From a virus (Duplodnaviria; Caudoviricetes), in the IMG/VR virus record IMGVR_UViG_3300034062_006701: a stretch of 64,000 bases of DNA; one strand, 5' to 3'. Positions within the stretch are counted from its first letter, which is position 1; the number at the start of each line of letters is the position of its first letter. A program made the translations under genes and the position numbers. Below the pieces are notes generated by a model. The model worked only from the letters and a program-made list of their open reading frames with translations. It did not search any database and had not been told where the DNA came from. Below are positions 34,111-43,277 of this stretch, piece after piece.

Positions 34111-34545
34111 TTAACTGCCCCATGAGAATTCAAATACTCTTGTACCGTCTGAACGAGGATCCAATTCGTAGAAACCTTCAAGGAAGAGACAAGCAGTGGA
34201 GCCATCATTTGGATCAATAAGCTGTCTACCCGCCTCATTGATCATTTCCTCCCAACGAGGGTTTGGCATGACTTCACTATTGACCTGCTCGTCGCTGATC
34301 CTCCAATAAGAAGAGAAGAAAATGCAATTACCTTCAAACACCGGCTCGTCTGACCAGATATCTGGATGCCTCACAATCCACTCTTCCGTACCTCCATTAG
34401 AAACTGAATCAAACATTGAGAACTCTAGACCCACTCTACCAAGCTTACTCTTATGCTTACACATTCCCTTTGTAGCCTTCTGCAGAGTATTATAAGAAGA
34501 AGTTGCGGTAAGCTCTAAAAGAGGCGATGTTGCTTTAATTGTCAT
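34111..34545 (-). CDS. Hypothetical early protein
   Basis: Preceded by a cassette-type promoter (TTGAAG..TATACT-6-ATG). Confidence 0.65.
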   Translation of the reverse strand: MTIKATSPLLELTATSSYNTLQKATKGMCKHKSKLGRVGLEFSMFDSVSNGGTEEWIVRHPDIWSDEPVFEGNCIFFSSYWRISDEQVNSEVMPNPRWEEMINEAGRQLIDPNDGSTACLFLEGFYELDPRSDGTRVFEFSWGS

Positions 34546-34582
34546 ACGATGAGTATATTCGATTTATCAGGAAGCTTCAAGC

Positions 34583-34756
34583 TTATTTGATAGGAGACGG
34601 GTGGGAGAGCTTCTTCCATTCTACAAGACTATTAACAACAATAACGAGATCGTTAATAGTCTTCTGCTGCTTTTCAATCTCCATATACAGAGCTTGAATC
34701 TCTGCAACAACCGCTGGGTTAATAAGAGCTCCTTCGTGTGTATTTTTAATTTTCAT
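34583..34756 (-). CDS. Hypothetical coiled-coil protein (start MKIKNT)
   Basis: Promoter-like motif (TTGCAG..CATAAT) upstream of the internal ATG. Confidence 0.5.
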   Translation of the reverse strand: MKIKNTHEGALINPAVVAEIQALYMEIEKQQKTINDLVIVVNSLVEWKKLSHPSPIK

Positions 34757-34793
34757 ACACCTATTATGGCTAAGGTATATGGAACCTGCAAGC

Positions 34794-35219
34794 CTATACA
34801 GTATGATCGGGGTAGGTTGACCCACCCGGAAGACCTACATCATTATTAGTAAAATTCAGATCAACATCTGCTTTATATAGATAGTCCTTCTCAAGAAGGA
34901 GCTCCTTCTTAGCTTGATCGAGATCTTTATTAGTCGGGTATTGTTCCAAATGATCAAGAGACTTCTTAAGAAGATCTGAGATAACATCATTAACAGAGAT
35001 ATCCTTTTCACAAGAATCAGAAATAAGCATCTCGAGTACCTCTCTAGGCCATTCGGAGATCTCAATCTCCATCTTTACATAAGGACGAAGCTCGATTGAG
35101 CCATCATCATGATGTTTAACACTAAACTTAGTTCCAGGACCTGCTCCAATCTCCTGAAGTTCTTCTTCAGTGAACTGAATATAGGCATCGTTAGTTGGTT
35201 GTAGTACTTTCTTTGTCAT
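34794..35219 (-). CDS. AbrB/SpoVT-like DNA-binding protein
   Basis: YIQF.EE.L..IG..PG.KF.V...DDGSIEL.P resembles a swapped-hairpin fold. Confidence 0.5.
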   Translation of the reverse strand: MTKKVLQPTNDAYIQFTEEELQEIGAGPGTKFSVKHHDDGSIELRPYVKMEIEISEWPREVLEMLISDSCEKDISVNDVISDLLKKSLDHLEQYPTNKDLDQAKKELLLEKDYLYKADVDLNFTNNDVGLPGGSTYPDHTV

Positions 35220-35763
35220 AATTGTTTATAGAATTGTATATGATTTCAACAGCCTTATCAACTGTCAATTCGTTATAATAAGGACTTTTATATGGAAGCC
35301 AGACTTCTACATTTGCATCAGCTTCATAAGGAGAATCAATTCCTGACATATTTTCAACTACTCCATCTCTGAACATTCTATAAAGTCCTTTAGAATCTCT
35401 TTGTTCACAAATCTCAAGAGGGGTATCTACAAATACTTCAATAAAATTAGCATTTGAATAACTTGTAAGAATATGACGAGCTTGTTTTCTCATTTCTATA
35501 AGAGGGGAGATACTAGCAACAATGACAGCTTCTGTCTTTTGGCATTCAATCATATTCCTGACAGCATAGATCATTCTATTAACTGCCTTCCATCTTCCCT
35601 CTATATCAAAGCCAACAGGTGTCTTTGTATCAAGTCTTAGAGTGTCACCATCAGCAACACCTGATCTAATACCTTCTATTCTTAATTTAAAATTAAGAGC
35701 ATTAGCAATAGAAGTCTTACCAGCACCAGATAGACCTGTTAACCAAATTACTGTAGGTTTCAT
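35191..35763 (-). CDS. cysC: Adenylyl-sulfate (APS) kinase
   Basis: VIWLTGLSGAGKTSIA, DGDTLR, ISP....R..AR, EVFVDTPLEICEQRD.KGLY, G.DSPYE. Confidence 0.92.
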   Translation of the reverse strand: MKPTVIWLTGLSGAGKTSIANALNFKLRIEGIRSGVADGDTLRLDTKTPVGFDIEGRWKAVNRMIYAVRNMIECQKTEAVIVASISPLIEMRKQARHILTSYSNANFIEVFVDTPLEICEQRDSKGLYRMFRDGVVENMSGIDSPYEADANVEVWLPYKSPYYNELTVDKAVEIIYNSINNYDKESTTTN

Positions 35764-36116
35764 ACAGTCTTCTCTCTACCAAGCCACCTCTTATCCCATT
35801 CAGCTTGAGGTGTATATTCCTGAATAGTCTCCCAAAGAGAATCAATAGTGTGACAGATTTCTACCTTCTTCTTACCAACTGTCTTATAAGCTTTGTTAGG
35901 CTTTCCCTTCCCAGTTAGAGATGGTCTTTCATAAAGATACCAATCAATCCATCCAATCTGCTCATCATTGAAATGAGACTTCAAAAGGAGATCAACCATC
36001 CTTTCATAAGGTTCAGTGTAACTTAACAGATCAATACCAAGATCATAAGTCTTTCGACCCTTTTCATGCATTAGCTGAAGCTTTAAGATAATTTCTTCAA
36101 AGAGTTCTTTTGTCAT
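35760..36116 (-). CDS. Hypothetical early protein
   Basis: TTGATA-17-TAGAAT-6-ATG. Confidence 0.65.
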   Translation of the reverse strand: MTKELFEEIILKLQLMHEKGRKTYDLGIDLLSYTEPYERMVDLLLKSHFNDEQIGWIDWYLYERPSLTGKGKPNKAYKTVGKKKVEICHTIDSLWETIQEYTPQAEWDKRWLGREKTV

Positions 36117-36147
36117 AATCTTATTCTATATACTTTAGGAGGAGGTA

Positions 36148-36372
36148 TCAAGGATCTTCTTTATATGCTACACAATTGATTCTGGAGTTAAGATCAGAGA
36201 TAAGACTAGCAGAAATTCTAGAGCCATCCTGAAGAGTTACACCTAGCCACCAATGACCATTATCCATTCTTTCTAGATGAAAGAACTGAACATCTTCTGC
36301 AATAATCTCATCAAGATTGCCTTCACTATTATATCGAAATTCCCATTCAGGTTTCATATTACCAATTATCAA
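36148..36372 (-). CDS. Hypothetical protein
   Basis: FHLERMD.GHWW.G motif. Confidence 0.55.
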   Translation of the reverse strand: MIIGNMKPEWEFRYNSEGNLDEIIAEDVQFFHLERMDNGHWWLGVTLQDGSRISASLISDLNSRINCVAYKEDP

Positions 36373-36607
36373 AGTCTAGACCTCTTTGTGTCATGATCTC
36401 CCAGAACTCTTTTCTAGCTTCTTCGAGAGCATCATAATAATCATCAGACTTTCCTTTATTGTCTCCAGTGTCTTCTGGATACTTGATCTTGTCTCTTAGG
36501 TATTGATCCATGTCCCAGGCAACCAAATACCAGCTAGTGGCATTGGATGCAAGTTTGAAGTCTGATTGTTCCTCTGGTAGATTAAAAGTTAATGTTCCTG
36601 TGGGCAT
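36359..36607 (-). CDS. Hypothetical phage protein
   Basis: L.FNLPEEQ.DF..A; TTGACA..TATAAT-6-ATG. Confidence 0.65.
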   Translation of the reverse strand: MPTGTLTFNLPEEQSDFKLASNATSWYLVAWDMDQYLRDKIKYPEDTGDNKGKSDDYYDALEEARKEFWEIMTQRGLDFDNW

Positions 36608-36637
36608 ATTCTTATTATATATCTTTATGATGGAGTG

Positions 36638-38122
36638 TCAAGAATTATTTTTCACATTGTGCCAAGGCCACTTACCATTCTTCATAAAGTAATCATAATT
36701 CGGATCCCTGTTTGCTTTCACTACTTTAAGTTCTTCTATCATTCTTTCAAGCTTTGCTACTTTCAGAGCTAAATCAGATGCTGCTTCTTCCCATGACTTC
36801 TCATCCTTTGATTCCTTACATTTATTACAAGGACACTTCCAAGGCTTTTCAAAATAATCTAAAACATCCTTACCTTCATCAAATCTCTCTTCAAGATTCT
36901 CAGCTGTTGTTTTATCATCTTCCCAATCATTAGGAACACCCTCATCAGCCATCCAATCAATTGTTTCGCCTTGGAACTCATTAGGAAATGACTTTGGTAA
37001 ATCATTTAGAGTATCTGCATACTCAGTAACTCTCTTCAAAAGCTCTTCAGCATTAAACTCTACCTCTTTTACAGGCTGTTCAAAGTCACTTGGATCATAA
37101 TCCTCAAATCCCTGGGTCTTCATATTCTTAAGTTCTTCAACAGCTTCTTTTACTTGTTCTCCTTCTAAAGGATCTTCATTGCTAAATTCAGACTCAACAA
37201 AATCAATGATATTTTTATTGTACTTTTCCTCGAATGCCTTATCTCTCTGCTCATTCAACCAATCAGAATAATGCTTCGGATAAGCTGATGCTGCACCATC
37301 ATAACCACCCCAATGGAGAGGGTACATAGGATGCTTTTGAGATTCCTTTTTTAGCTTTTCAACTTCTGCTTTTAACTCATCCCTCTCTTTAAGAAATCTC
37401 AAACAGGCATTTGCTACAACAACACCATGATTTTTTAACTCAGCATGGTTAATGATATATTCACGAACACCATTCCACTGATTTCGCTGATAAACATTAC
37501 TCTCCTTAAGTTTATCAATTTCTTTCTGCAACTTATTCATATCATCATAGCTAAAGCTTTGGGCATACTTGTCTTGATAATCTCTCAATTTACTCTTCAG
37601 TGCTTCAATCTCTTTATTAGCAGCATTAAGTTGGTGCTTATATTCATCCCTCTCTTCAGCACACTTCTTATAGTCATTCTGAATAATTTGAGTCTTAGCC
37701 TCATTAAAGGTTATACCATAGCTCTTCCCTTCTTTCTGAAGCAGTCTTTCAATCAACTCAACATTCTCAGTAATCTTCTTTACATACTTCTCATTAACTC
37801 TTTGAAGAGAATCTTTTAATTGCTTTTGATCTTCAATATCTTTTTTAAGCTTTGCATTCTCCTGTCTAAGCTCTACAGCAGCATTGTGCTCCTTAGTCCC
37901 ATCTTCTTCAATGGACTTGAGAAGAGCTTTATTGTTTTCATTCTCAGTCCAAAGTTCTTTATAAAGCTTTATAAATTCATCTGCTGTATATACTTTATCA
38001 TCAACAGTAAAAGTTGGTGTAGTTGTATAGGACCAAAAAGGCCAAGGTTGCTTACTCACAAGCTCTTCAGGTGTTGTAGAGTCACCAGCACTACCAAATT
38101 TTGGGAATAGATTAAAATTCAT
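36638..38122 (-). CDS. Long coiled-coil protein
   Basis: Heptad-rich, 494 aa; shares a QWN...Y...A...LKERDELK module with 57788..58063. Confidence 0.7.
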   Translation of the reverse strand: MNFNLFPKFGSAGDSTTPEELVSKQPWPFWSYTTTPTFTVDDKVYTADEFIKLYKELWTENENNKALLKSIEEDGTKEHNAAVELRQENAKLKKDIEDQKQLKDSLQRVNEKYVKKITENVELIERLLQKEGKSYGITFNEAKTQIIQNDYKKCAEERDEYKHQLNAANKEIEALKSKLRDYQDKYAQSFSYDDMNKLQKEIDKLKESNVYQRNQWNGVREYIINHAELKNHGVVVANACLRFLKERDELKAEVEKLKKESQKHPMYPLHWGGYDGAASAYPKHYSDWLNEQRDKAFEEKYNKNIIDFVESEFSNEDPLEGEQVKEAVEELKNMKTQGFEDYDPSDFEQPVKEVEFNAEELLKRVTEYADTLNDLPKSFPNEFQGETIDWMADEGVPNDWEDDKTTAENLEERFDEGKDVLDYFEKPWKCPCNKCKESKDEKSWEEAASDLALKVAKLERMIEELKVVKANRDPNYDYFMKNGKWPWHNVKNNS

Positions 38123-38159
38123 TGTTTATATTATGATTCGAATAATCAAGATGTCAAGA

Positions 38160-38429
38160 TTAAAATCCAAACATTAATGCAGTTTGTGTGATAATAGGTT
38201 GGTTACCTCCATGAAACTTAAAGTCTCTACTAATAATTCCACCTAACTGACAATCTCTCTTCTTGGACACTCTAAGATGATACTTGGATTGTAACCTGTT
38301 AATATCTTCTATAAGATCTCTACTATCATGATATGAGCCAATATAGTCTATTACTTTAAATTCTCGTTCTTCATAAGCTCTCAATGTCATTGTAAAGAGC
38401 AACAGTATTAGAGCTGTAGTTTTGTACAT
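38160..38429 (-). CDS. Small protein with signal peptide
   Basis: MYKTTALILLLFTMTLRA N-terminus. Confidence 0.55.
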   Translation of the reverse strand: MYKTTALILLLFTMTLRAYEEREFKVIDYIGSYHDSRDLIEDINRLQSKYHLRVSKKRDCQLGGIISRDFKFHGGNQPIITQTALMFGF

Positions 38430-38472
38430 ATAATAAATATAAATGAAAGTTTAGAAAAATCAATAAGTATCA

Positions 38473-39150
38473 GTGATGACTGATAATATACTTGTAATCT
38501 CAGATGTTCATTTAGGCTCACCTGTCTCAAGGGTTAAGTCATTAGCCAAAGTTTTAAAGAGTGAAAAGTATGATCATTTGATTATAAATGGAGATTTATT
38601 TGACTCATCAGCCATACACAGATATAAAAAGCATCACTGGAAGATTCTAGCTCTCATTAGAAAGATAGCTAAGAAGAAAGAAGTCACCCTCATTAAAGGA
38701 AATCATGATATCAATTCAACATTCCTTATTAAAGTTCTTGGTTTAGAGTTTATTGACAAGTATGAATTGACACTTAATAATAAAAAGTTCTTATTCATTC
38801 ACTTCCATCAATTCGATTCATTCATAAAGAAGTACCCAATTGTAACTCATATTGCTGAAAGCATTTACTATTTCTTTCAGAGTATTGATAGATCAAAGAA
38901 GTTCTCTAGATGGTTAAAAAGAACATCTAAAGTATTCCTAAATGTAAAAGTAAAGATTAGGAATAAGGCTTTAGATTATATTAAAGACAAAGACTATGAT
39001 GCCATTGTTGGAGGACATATTCACTTTGCTGAAAGCTTTAAGTGTTCAGAATCAGGAAAAGAATATTACAACTCAGGATCTTTTTGTGACGAACCTTGTC
39101 ACTATCTTTTAATTGACAAAGAAGCTAATGTTACTTTGAAAGAGATTTAA
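38473..39150 (+). CDS. Metallophosphoesterase, LpxH (UDP-2,3-diacylglucosamine hydrolase)-like
   Basis: ISDVHLGS, INGDLFD, GNHD, IHFHQFD, GGHIH, YYNSGSF. Confidence 0.85.
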   Translation: MMTDNILVISDVHLGSPVSRVKSLAKVLKSEKYDHLIINGDLFDSSAIHRYKKHHWKILALIRKIAKKKEVTLIKGNHDINSTFLIKVLGLEFIDKYELTLNNKKFLFIHFHQFDSFIKKYPIVTHIAESIYYFFQSIDRSKKFSRWLKRTSKVFLNVKVKIRNKALDYIKDKDYDAIVGGHIHFAESFKCSESGKEYYNSGSFCDEPCHYLLIDKEANVTLKEI

Positions 39151-39459
39151 TTACCAACCACCATAATACCTATTTTTAATAGCTCTTAATTTAGCATGCA
39201 ATTGCTTGAGAATTTTATCATGTGCTACTCTACCTTGAGGGTCTACTGTTTCAAAATAATCTTCTCTTCGCTTATCTGATTCAATCTGTTTAATTTTCTC
39301 TTTAAGTTCTTTTGATTGTGCTAATAGTTTAGCAGCTTCCTCATCTGTTATATTAGGGTTTCTCAATGAGAGTGTCTGACTATTTCCCATAATACTCTCA
39401 ACTAATTTATCAAATTTCATATAATATTATTTATCTATGTTACTTTGAAAGAGATTTAA
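39129..39459. repeat. 22-bp direct repeat flanking the 39151 gene cassette
   Basis: tgttactttgaaagagatttaa at 39129-39150 and 39438-39459. Confidence 0.9.
39151..39420 (-). CDS. Late MKFDKLVE-family protein
   Basis: TAAATA upstream; 5' end identical to the next gene. Confidence 0.7.
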   Translation of the reverse strand: MKFDKLVESIMGNSQTLSLRNPNITDEEAAKLLAQSKELKEKIKQIESDKRREDYFETVDPQGRVAHDKILKQLHAKLRAIKNRYYGGW

Positions 39460-39924
39460 AGAGCTTGTTCTAGGTTTGATCTAAAGAGCTTATTAAATTC
39501 AATCATTGGTGTCCATTCAGGGTTCAATGAATAAATTTGATACACTTGAAAGGAATCAGGTACTTTTAAATTAATTTTTACTGTACCTTTATCATGATAA
39601 TTTGTAAAGTCATTAGCATATTTGTTGAGAATAACTTCCTGTGCATTTTTAGCAGCTTGTATAGTTTTTTCCCTAATTTGTTGAATCTGTTCATCAGAAA
39701 GACCTAAACCTTTGAGTTCTTTGACAATAACCTGTGCATTATATCTAGGGGCACCAGTCTTTGGATCATAAGCAATGTGATCAAAAATCTTTTTACCAAT
39801 ACCTTTCAATCCTTTAGATGCTGGTCTGTCATAATCCCCAAAAACAGATTTAACAACATCTGATTTTTCAAAAGATTCCATAATACTCTCAACTAATTTA
39901 TCAAATTTCATATAATATTATTTA
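39387..39924. repeat. 47-bp identical repeat (late promoter plus MKFDKLVESIM codons)
   Basis: ccataatactctcaactaatttatcaaatttcatataatattattta at 39387-39433 and 39878-39924. Confidence 0.9.
39456..39911 (-). CDS. Late MKFDKLVE-family protein
   Basis: MKFDKLVESIMES; TAAATA upstream. Confidence 0.7.
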   Translation of the reverse strand: MKFDKLVESIMESFEKSDVVKSVFGDYDRPASKGLKGIGKKIFDHIAYDPKTGAPRYNAQVIVKELKGLGLSDEQIQQIREKTIQAAKNAQEVILNKYANDFTNYHDKGTVKINLKVPDSFQVYQIYSLNPEWTPMIEFNKLFRSNLEQAL

Positions 39925-39943
39925 ATCAATTTGTTTTTTTTAG

Positions 39944-40147
39944 TTAAATCTCATAAAACCAATTCTTCTTAAACTCTTCAAAACTCTTTAACCAGAGATT
40001 AAATTTCCTAAGTCTTTTAGCTCCTTTTCTACCCTTCTTCTTTACCTTCTTAACTCCCTTTGTAATCATCCAGAAGAACATCAGCATCCCAAATGCTAAT
40101 AGACCTACTGCTACATGACCAATAACATGAATATCATTATACTGCAT
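39944..40147 (-). CDS. Small membrane protein with basic tail
   Basis: One transmembrane segment followed by a KK-rich region. Confidence 0.55.
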   Translation of the reverse strand: MQYNDIHVIGHVAVGLLAFGMLMFFWMITKGVKKVKKKGRKGAKRLRKFNLWLKSFEEFKKNWFYEI

Positions 40148-40969
40148 TTAGTGTTGTCCACCTTCCCATGTACTACCACAAGGGCCACCACTCTCATTAA
40201 CATCGATCACAATATCTTCTCCTTCAGGTGTTATCAAGGGTATATAATGTCTGCTGATGCGCTGAGTGGATTTTGGAACATAATGGCAGATAAAGGATCT
40301 ACGAAATCTGTCTTTGGATCTATTTGGCCCTGAGCCATGAATTGAACTACCATTAAAGAATAATGTATCACCTGATTTCATAATACAAGGAACAGCCTTT
40401 TTTCCTTTTGGAGTTGGTACAAAATGGTTTGTGAATGACTCTGCTGCATTGGCTTCTTTTGGACATATAATTTCCTCTTCTGCTGTATCTGCTACAAGAT
40501 ACATTCCACCATTCTCTGGATCTGCATCATCGATAGCAGTCCATGCTGCAACACATGTTTGTGGTTCAACTAAAAGATAGAAATTATCTTGATGCATTGC
40601 CTGTCCTCTAGAGCCTGGTGGTTTGTAGTAAAACATGCTTTGAGCAGCAAGTACATCTTCTTGCATAAGCTCTTTCAAGCAAAAAAGAACAGCTGGATGG
40701 ACAAGATTTTTGCGTGATACAGAGTCATAACGATGTGGTTGCAGCACTCTCGGAAATTCTTTTAAAGGGTCTCCATTTGATTCATCTTTAGAGACAGGGT
40801 AAAAATAATCTTCAATAGTACCACTCTTTGCAATTCGATCAAAGGTATTTTTAATTTCTTCAACTTCAGCTTCAGAAAAGAGACCTCTTGCTACAGCATA
40901 ACCATGTTGCTTAAAGGAGGCTTTCATCTCTTCAAGGTTAACAGATTCAGGGAGTGTATATGTACTCAT
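40148..40969 (-). CDS. Phytanoyl-CoA dioxygenase (PhyH) family 2OG-Fe(II) oxygenase
   Basis: F...GY.V.RGLFS..EV, KPPG..GQAMHQDNFY (HxD), W.A.DDA..ENG, G..LFF.G..IHGS.PN.S..R.R. Confidence 0.9.
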   Translation of the reverse strand: MSTYTLPESVNLEEMKASFKQHGYAVARGLFSEAEVEEIKNTFDRIAKSGTIEDYFYPVSKDESNGDPLKEFPRVLQPHRYDSVSRKNLVHPAVLFCLKELMQEDVLAAQSMFYYKPPGSRGQAMHQDNFYLLVEPQTCVAAWTAIDDADPENGGMYLVADTAEEEIICPKEANAAESFTNHFVPTPKGKKAVPCIMKSGDTLFFNGSSIHGSGPNRSKDRFRRSFICHYVPKSTQRISRHYIPLITPEGEDIVIDVNESGGPCGSTWEGGQH

Positions 40970-40977
40970 ATTATTAT

Positions 40978-41463
40978 TTATCTTCCTGCTATAAGCATTA
41001 CTCTAGTTATAATCTCTTCCAAATCATCCTTATCATATCTTGGATGCTGATCCCAGTCTGGATCTCCATAATGTTCCAAGTACCAATCGATTTCATTAAC
41101 TATGGATTTAGACAGAAGATTAATAAGTTCAGCTTCAGCTTCTTCTATAGTATCCCAATCTGTATCTTCATAATCATGGTTGATATAACCAGCATGTTGG
41201 ACTGTATAAACAACCTTCTCGCCATATTGATAATCAGTAATGATATAGAAATGACAATCTCGATCTTTATAATAGTCCACACAGACAGTGTTATACCACA
41301 ACTTATTCAGTTCTATAATTTTCTCATGATTGGTCATTTTATTAAACTTTATTATACCACTTCCTAAATTCTTTGCAATAGATTTTCTTACAGTCTTACA
41401 GAATCCTTCCCAAGAACCACAAGAGGATTTCCAATCAGATGTTTTAGGCATTGGTATTTTCAT
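40978..41463 (-). CDS. Hypothetical phage protein
   Basis: 161-aa ORF (YYKDRDCHFYI). Confidence 0.6.
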   Translation of the reverse strand: MKIPMPKTSDWKSSCGSWEGFCKTVRKSIAKNLGSGIIKFNKMTNHEKIIELNKLWYNTVCVDYYKDRDCHFYIITDYQYGEKVVYTVQHAGYINHDYEDTDWDTIEEAEAELINLLSKSIVNEIDWYLEHYGDPDWDQHPRYDKDDLEEIITRVMLIAGR

Positions 41464-41725
41464 AACCCATATTAAGTTCTTGAGCCTGTGCAGTCAATTC
41501 ATTTAGAGCTTGTTCCCTCTTAGCAAAATTAATTATATTCCTTCTGAATCTCTGATAATCTCCTTCATAGATTCCCCAGTCTCCATTACTGAGCTTGGAG
41601 ACAGTTTGACCATTAATAAACTTTGTCCAGGCTGGAATCAGATCCTTAGGGATAGCATTTATAATATCAGCTTCTGGAATACATCCATCCTCTTTAGCCT
41701 TTAGATTTGGAATTACATCACTCAT
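41444..41725 (-). CDS. Hypothetical protein
   Basis: ORF track 41444..41755; likely start MSDVIP. Confidence 0.5.
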   Translation of the reverse strand: MSDVIPNLKAKEDGCIPEADIINAIPKDLIPAWTKFINGQTVSKLSNGDWGIYEGDYQRFRRNIINFAKREQALNELTAQAQELNMGYENTNA

Positions 41726-42077
41726 TGTCTTTCTTCTCAAAGATGTGCCCAACAACCTCTAGGGTATCATTAAGGAAATTGGAATCATTCATAGCAAACA
41801 TCATAGTTCTTCCAAAGAGGAACATTCCATCATCCCAGTAAACCTCTTGAGTTGTCTCATGTTGATCATCTCCAGGTCCAGACAACCAAATAAAATTAAC
41901 AAGGTCACCCTCATAAATCTCTTTGCCATTCTTATCCAAGAGTCCAGTAAACTGTTGAGGGTAAGAGACTCCTCCAGCAATTCCCAGATTTGCTCCCTCA
42001 TAGATATCAAAGTCTACAAACTCTTTTGTAAGAAATGCCCAAACTCTGAATTTTAGTGCTCTATTTTCTGTATTCAT
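41718..42077 (-). CDS. YopX family protein
   Basis: R.LKFRVW, QQFTGLLDKNGKEIYEGDLV, LEV.G.IFE. Confidence 0.88.
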   Translation of the reverse strand: MNTENRALKFRVWAFLTKEFVDFDIYEGANLGIAGGVSYPQQFTGLLDKNGKEIYEGDLVNFIWLSGPGDDQHETTQEVYWDDGMFLFGRTMMFAMNDSNFLNDTLEVVGHIFEKKDNE

Positions 42078-42116
42078 TGTTCCTATATAGTATAGGTTTT
42101 AGGTGGACACTTCAAG

Positions 42117-42515
42117 CTACTTCTTAATCTTCAGACTCTTTACATCAACTCCAAACTTCTCAGCAATGTCCTTCAAAGTAACTTCAGTTACTAGGTTTGG
42201 ATTAGAGATTCTATTTCCTTTTGAATCAAACCAAGCTTCAGATCCAAAAGAGTCCTTGCGATGAATCAAATTATTATTCTCATCATATTCTTTCCAAAAT
42301 TCAAATCCATCTGAGTTCTTGTAATGAATCAGATTATTATTCTCATCATATTCATACCAAGATTCAGATCCATCTGAGTCCTTGTAATGAATCCGATTAC
42401 TATTCTCATCATATTCATTCCAATATTCATATCCATCTGAGTCCTTGATATGAATTTCATTTCCCTTTGAATCTTTGGTTACGAGTGGATAATTGATTAC
42501 AGGTTTGTTTTTCAT
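42117..42515 (-). CDS. Protein with tandem 22-aa repeats
   Basis: IHYKDSDG.E.W.EYDENNN repeated about 3 times (66-bp repeats near 42240-42460). Confidence 0.75.
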   Translation of the reverse strand: MKNKPVINYPLVTKDSKGNEIHIKDSDGYEYWNEYDENSNRIHYKDSDGSESWYEYDENNNLIHYKNSDGFEFWKEYDENNNLIHRKDSFGSEAWFDSKGNRISNPNLVTEVTLKDIAEKFGVDVKSLKIKK

Positions 42516-42560
42516 GTTTTTATATTCTATATGCTTTAGGAGGAGGTGTCAAGATAATAA

Positions 42561-42833
42561 TCAGATCTTCTTATTCCAAACAATCTCAAAGAGATAACAC
42601 TCCCAAGCAATTCCTATCTTTGTATATGAAGAGCAATTAAAAAAAGTTGGACATACCTTCTTCTTATTAAGAACAGGAAACTCCCAAAGACCTATACTGA
42701 GCTTATTCCAGAGATAATTCTTACAGAAATACATCTTAGCAGGTTTTGCATTCTTTAGAATCCTCTTTGTCTTTTTGGTTAAAGGCTTGGAAACATCCAC
42801 ATAAGTTTCATTGTTCATTCTTATTTTCTTCAT
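42561..42833 (-). CDS. Hypothetical protein; paralog of 54580..54885
   Basis: PAK.YFC.N...NK..I.LW..P...FNCSSY.K.GI.W...LFEI.WNK. Confidence 0.65.
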   Translation of the reverse strand: MKKIRMNNETYVDVSKPLTKKTKRILKNAKPAKMYFCKNYLWNKLSIGLWEFPVLNKKKVCPTFFNCSSYTKIGIAWECYLFEIVWNKKI

Positions 42834-43036
42834 ACTTCTATCCCTTCAATATATAGTATTTCTCTATCAAATTCAATAGTTATTTCTTCTCCATTCTTTG
42901 GAATAATCTTTAGATCACACTCTTTTGAATAAACTCTCTGAGCATTAAGAACATCAAACTCTTTGGTCAGAGGATTACAATCCTTATCAATTCCATTATC
43001 AATTGTTACTCTGATTCTTTTCATAACTTGGTGCAA
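42830..43036 (-). CDS. Hypothetical protein
   Basis: 68-aa ORF. Confidence 0.45.
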   Translation of the reverse strand: MHQVMKRIRVTIDNGIDKDCNPLTKEFDVLNAQRVYSKECDLKIIPKNGEEITIEFDREILYIEGIEV

Positions 43037-43247
43037 TACTCAAAAATGCTCTTTCCTTAAATTCAACAATCATTTTTCTCAGTTCCTCAGACTTCCCTTC
43101 TCTAATAAGACTAATAGGAGTTCTATTTTCAAGAGCATTATTAGGAGTAGAAAGCCAAAGAACAACCTTATCAGCCTCTAAAAATGTCTTCAGCTTCATC
43201 ACCCAGATATAAAGATCAGTATGAAGATTTGCAGAGTCTAATTCCAT
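42999..43247 (-). CDS. MbcA/ParS/Xre antitoxin C-terminal toxin-binding domain (DUF2384-like)
   Basis: V.LWL.TPN.AL..RTPI.LI..G..E.L..M pattern; own leaderless promoter. Confidence 0.7.
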   Translation of the reverse strand: MELDSANLHTDLYIWVMKLKTFLEADKVVLWLSTPNNALENRTPISLIREGKSEELRKMIVEFKERAFLSIAPSYEKNQSNN

Positions 43248-43277
43248 AATCTTATTCTATGTGTTTAAACAAAATTG

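Noticed and set aside
36129-36145. AGGAGG on the plus strand as ribosome-binding sites (also near 42540, 45935, 54190, 54585)
   Set aside because: They lie within minus-strand promoter spacers and no plus-strand ORF follows.
42240-42460. 66-bp tandem repeats as a non-coding repeat array
   Set aside because: They are in-frame 22-aa repeats of the 42117..42515 protein.
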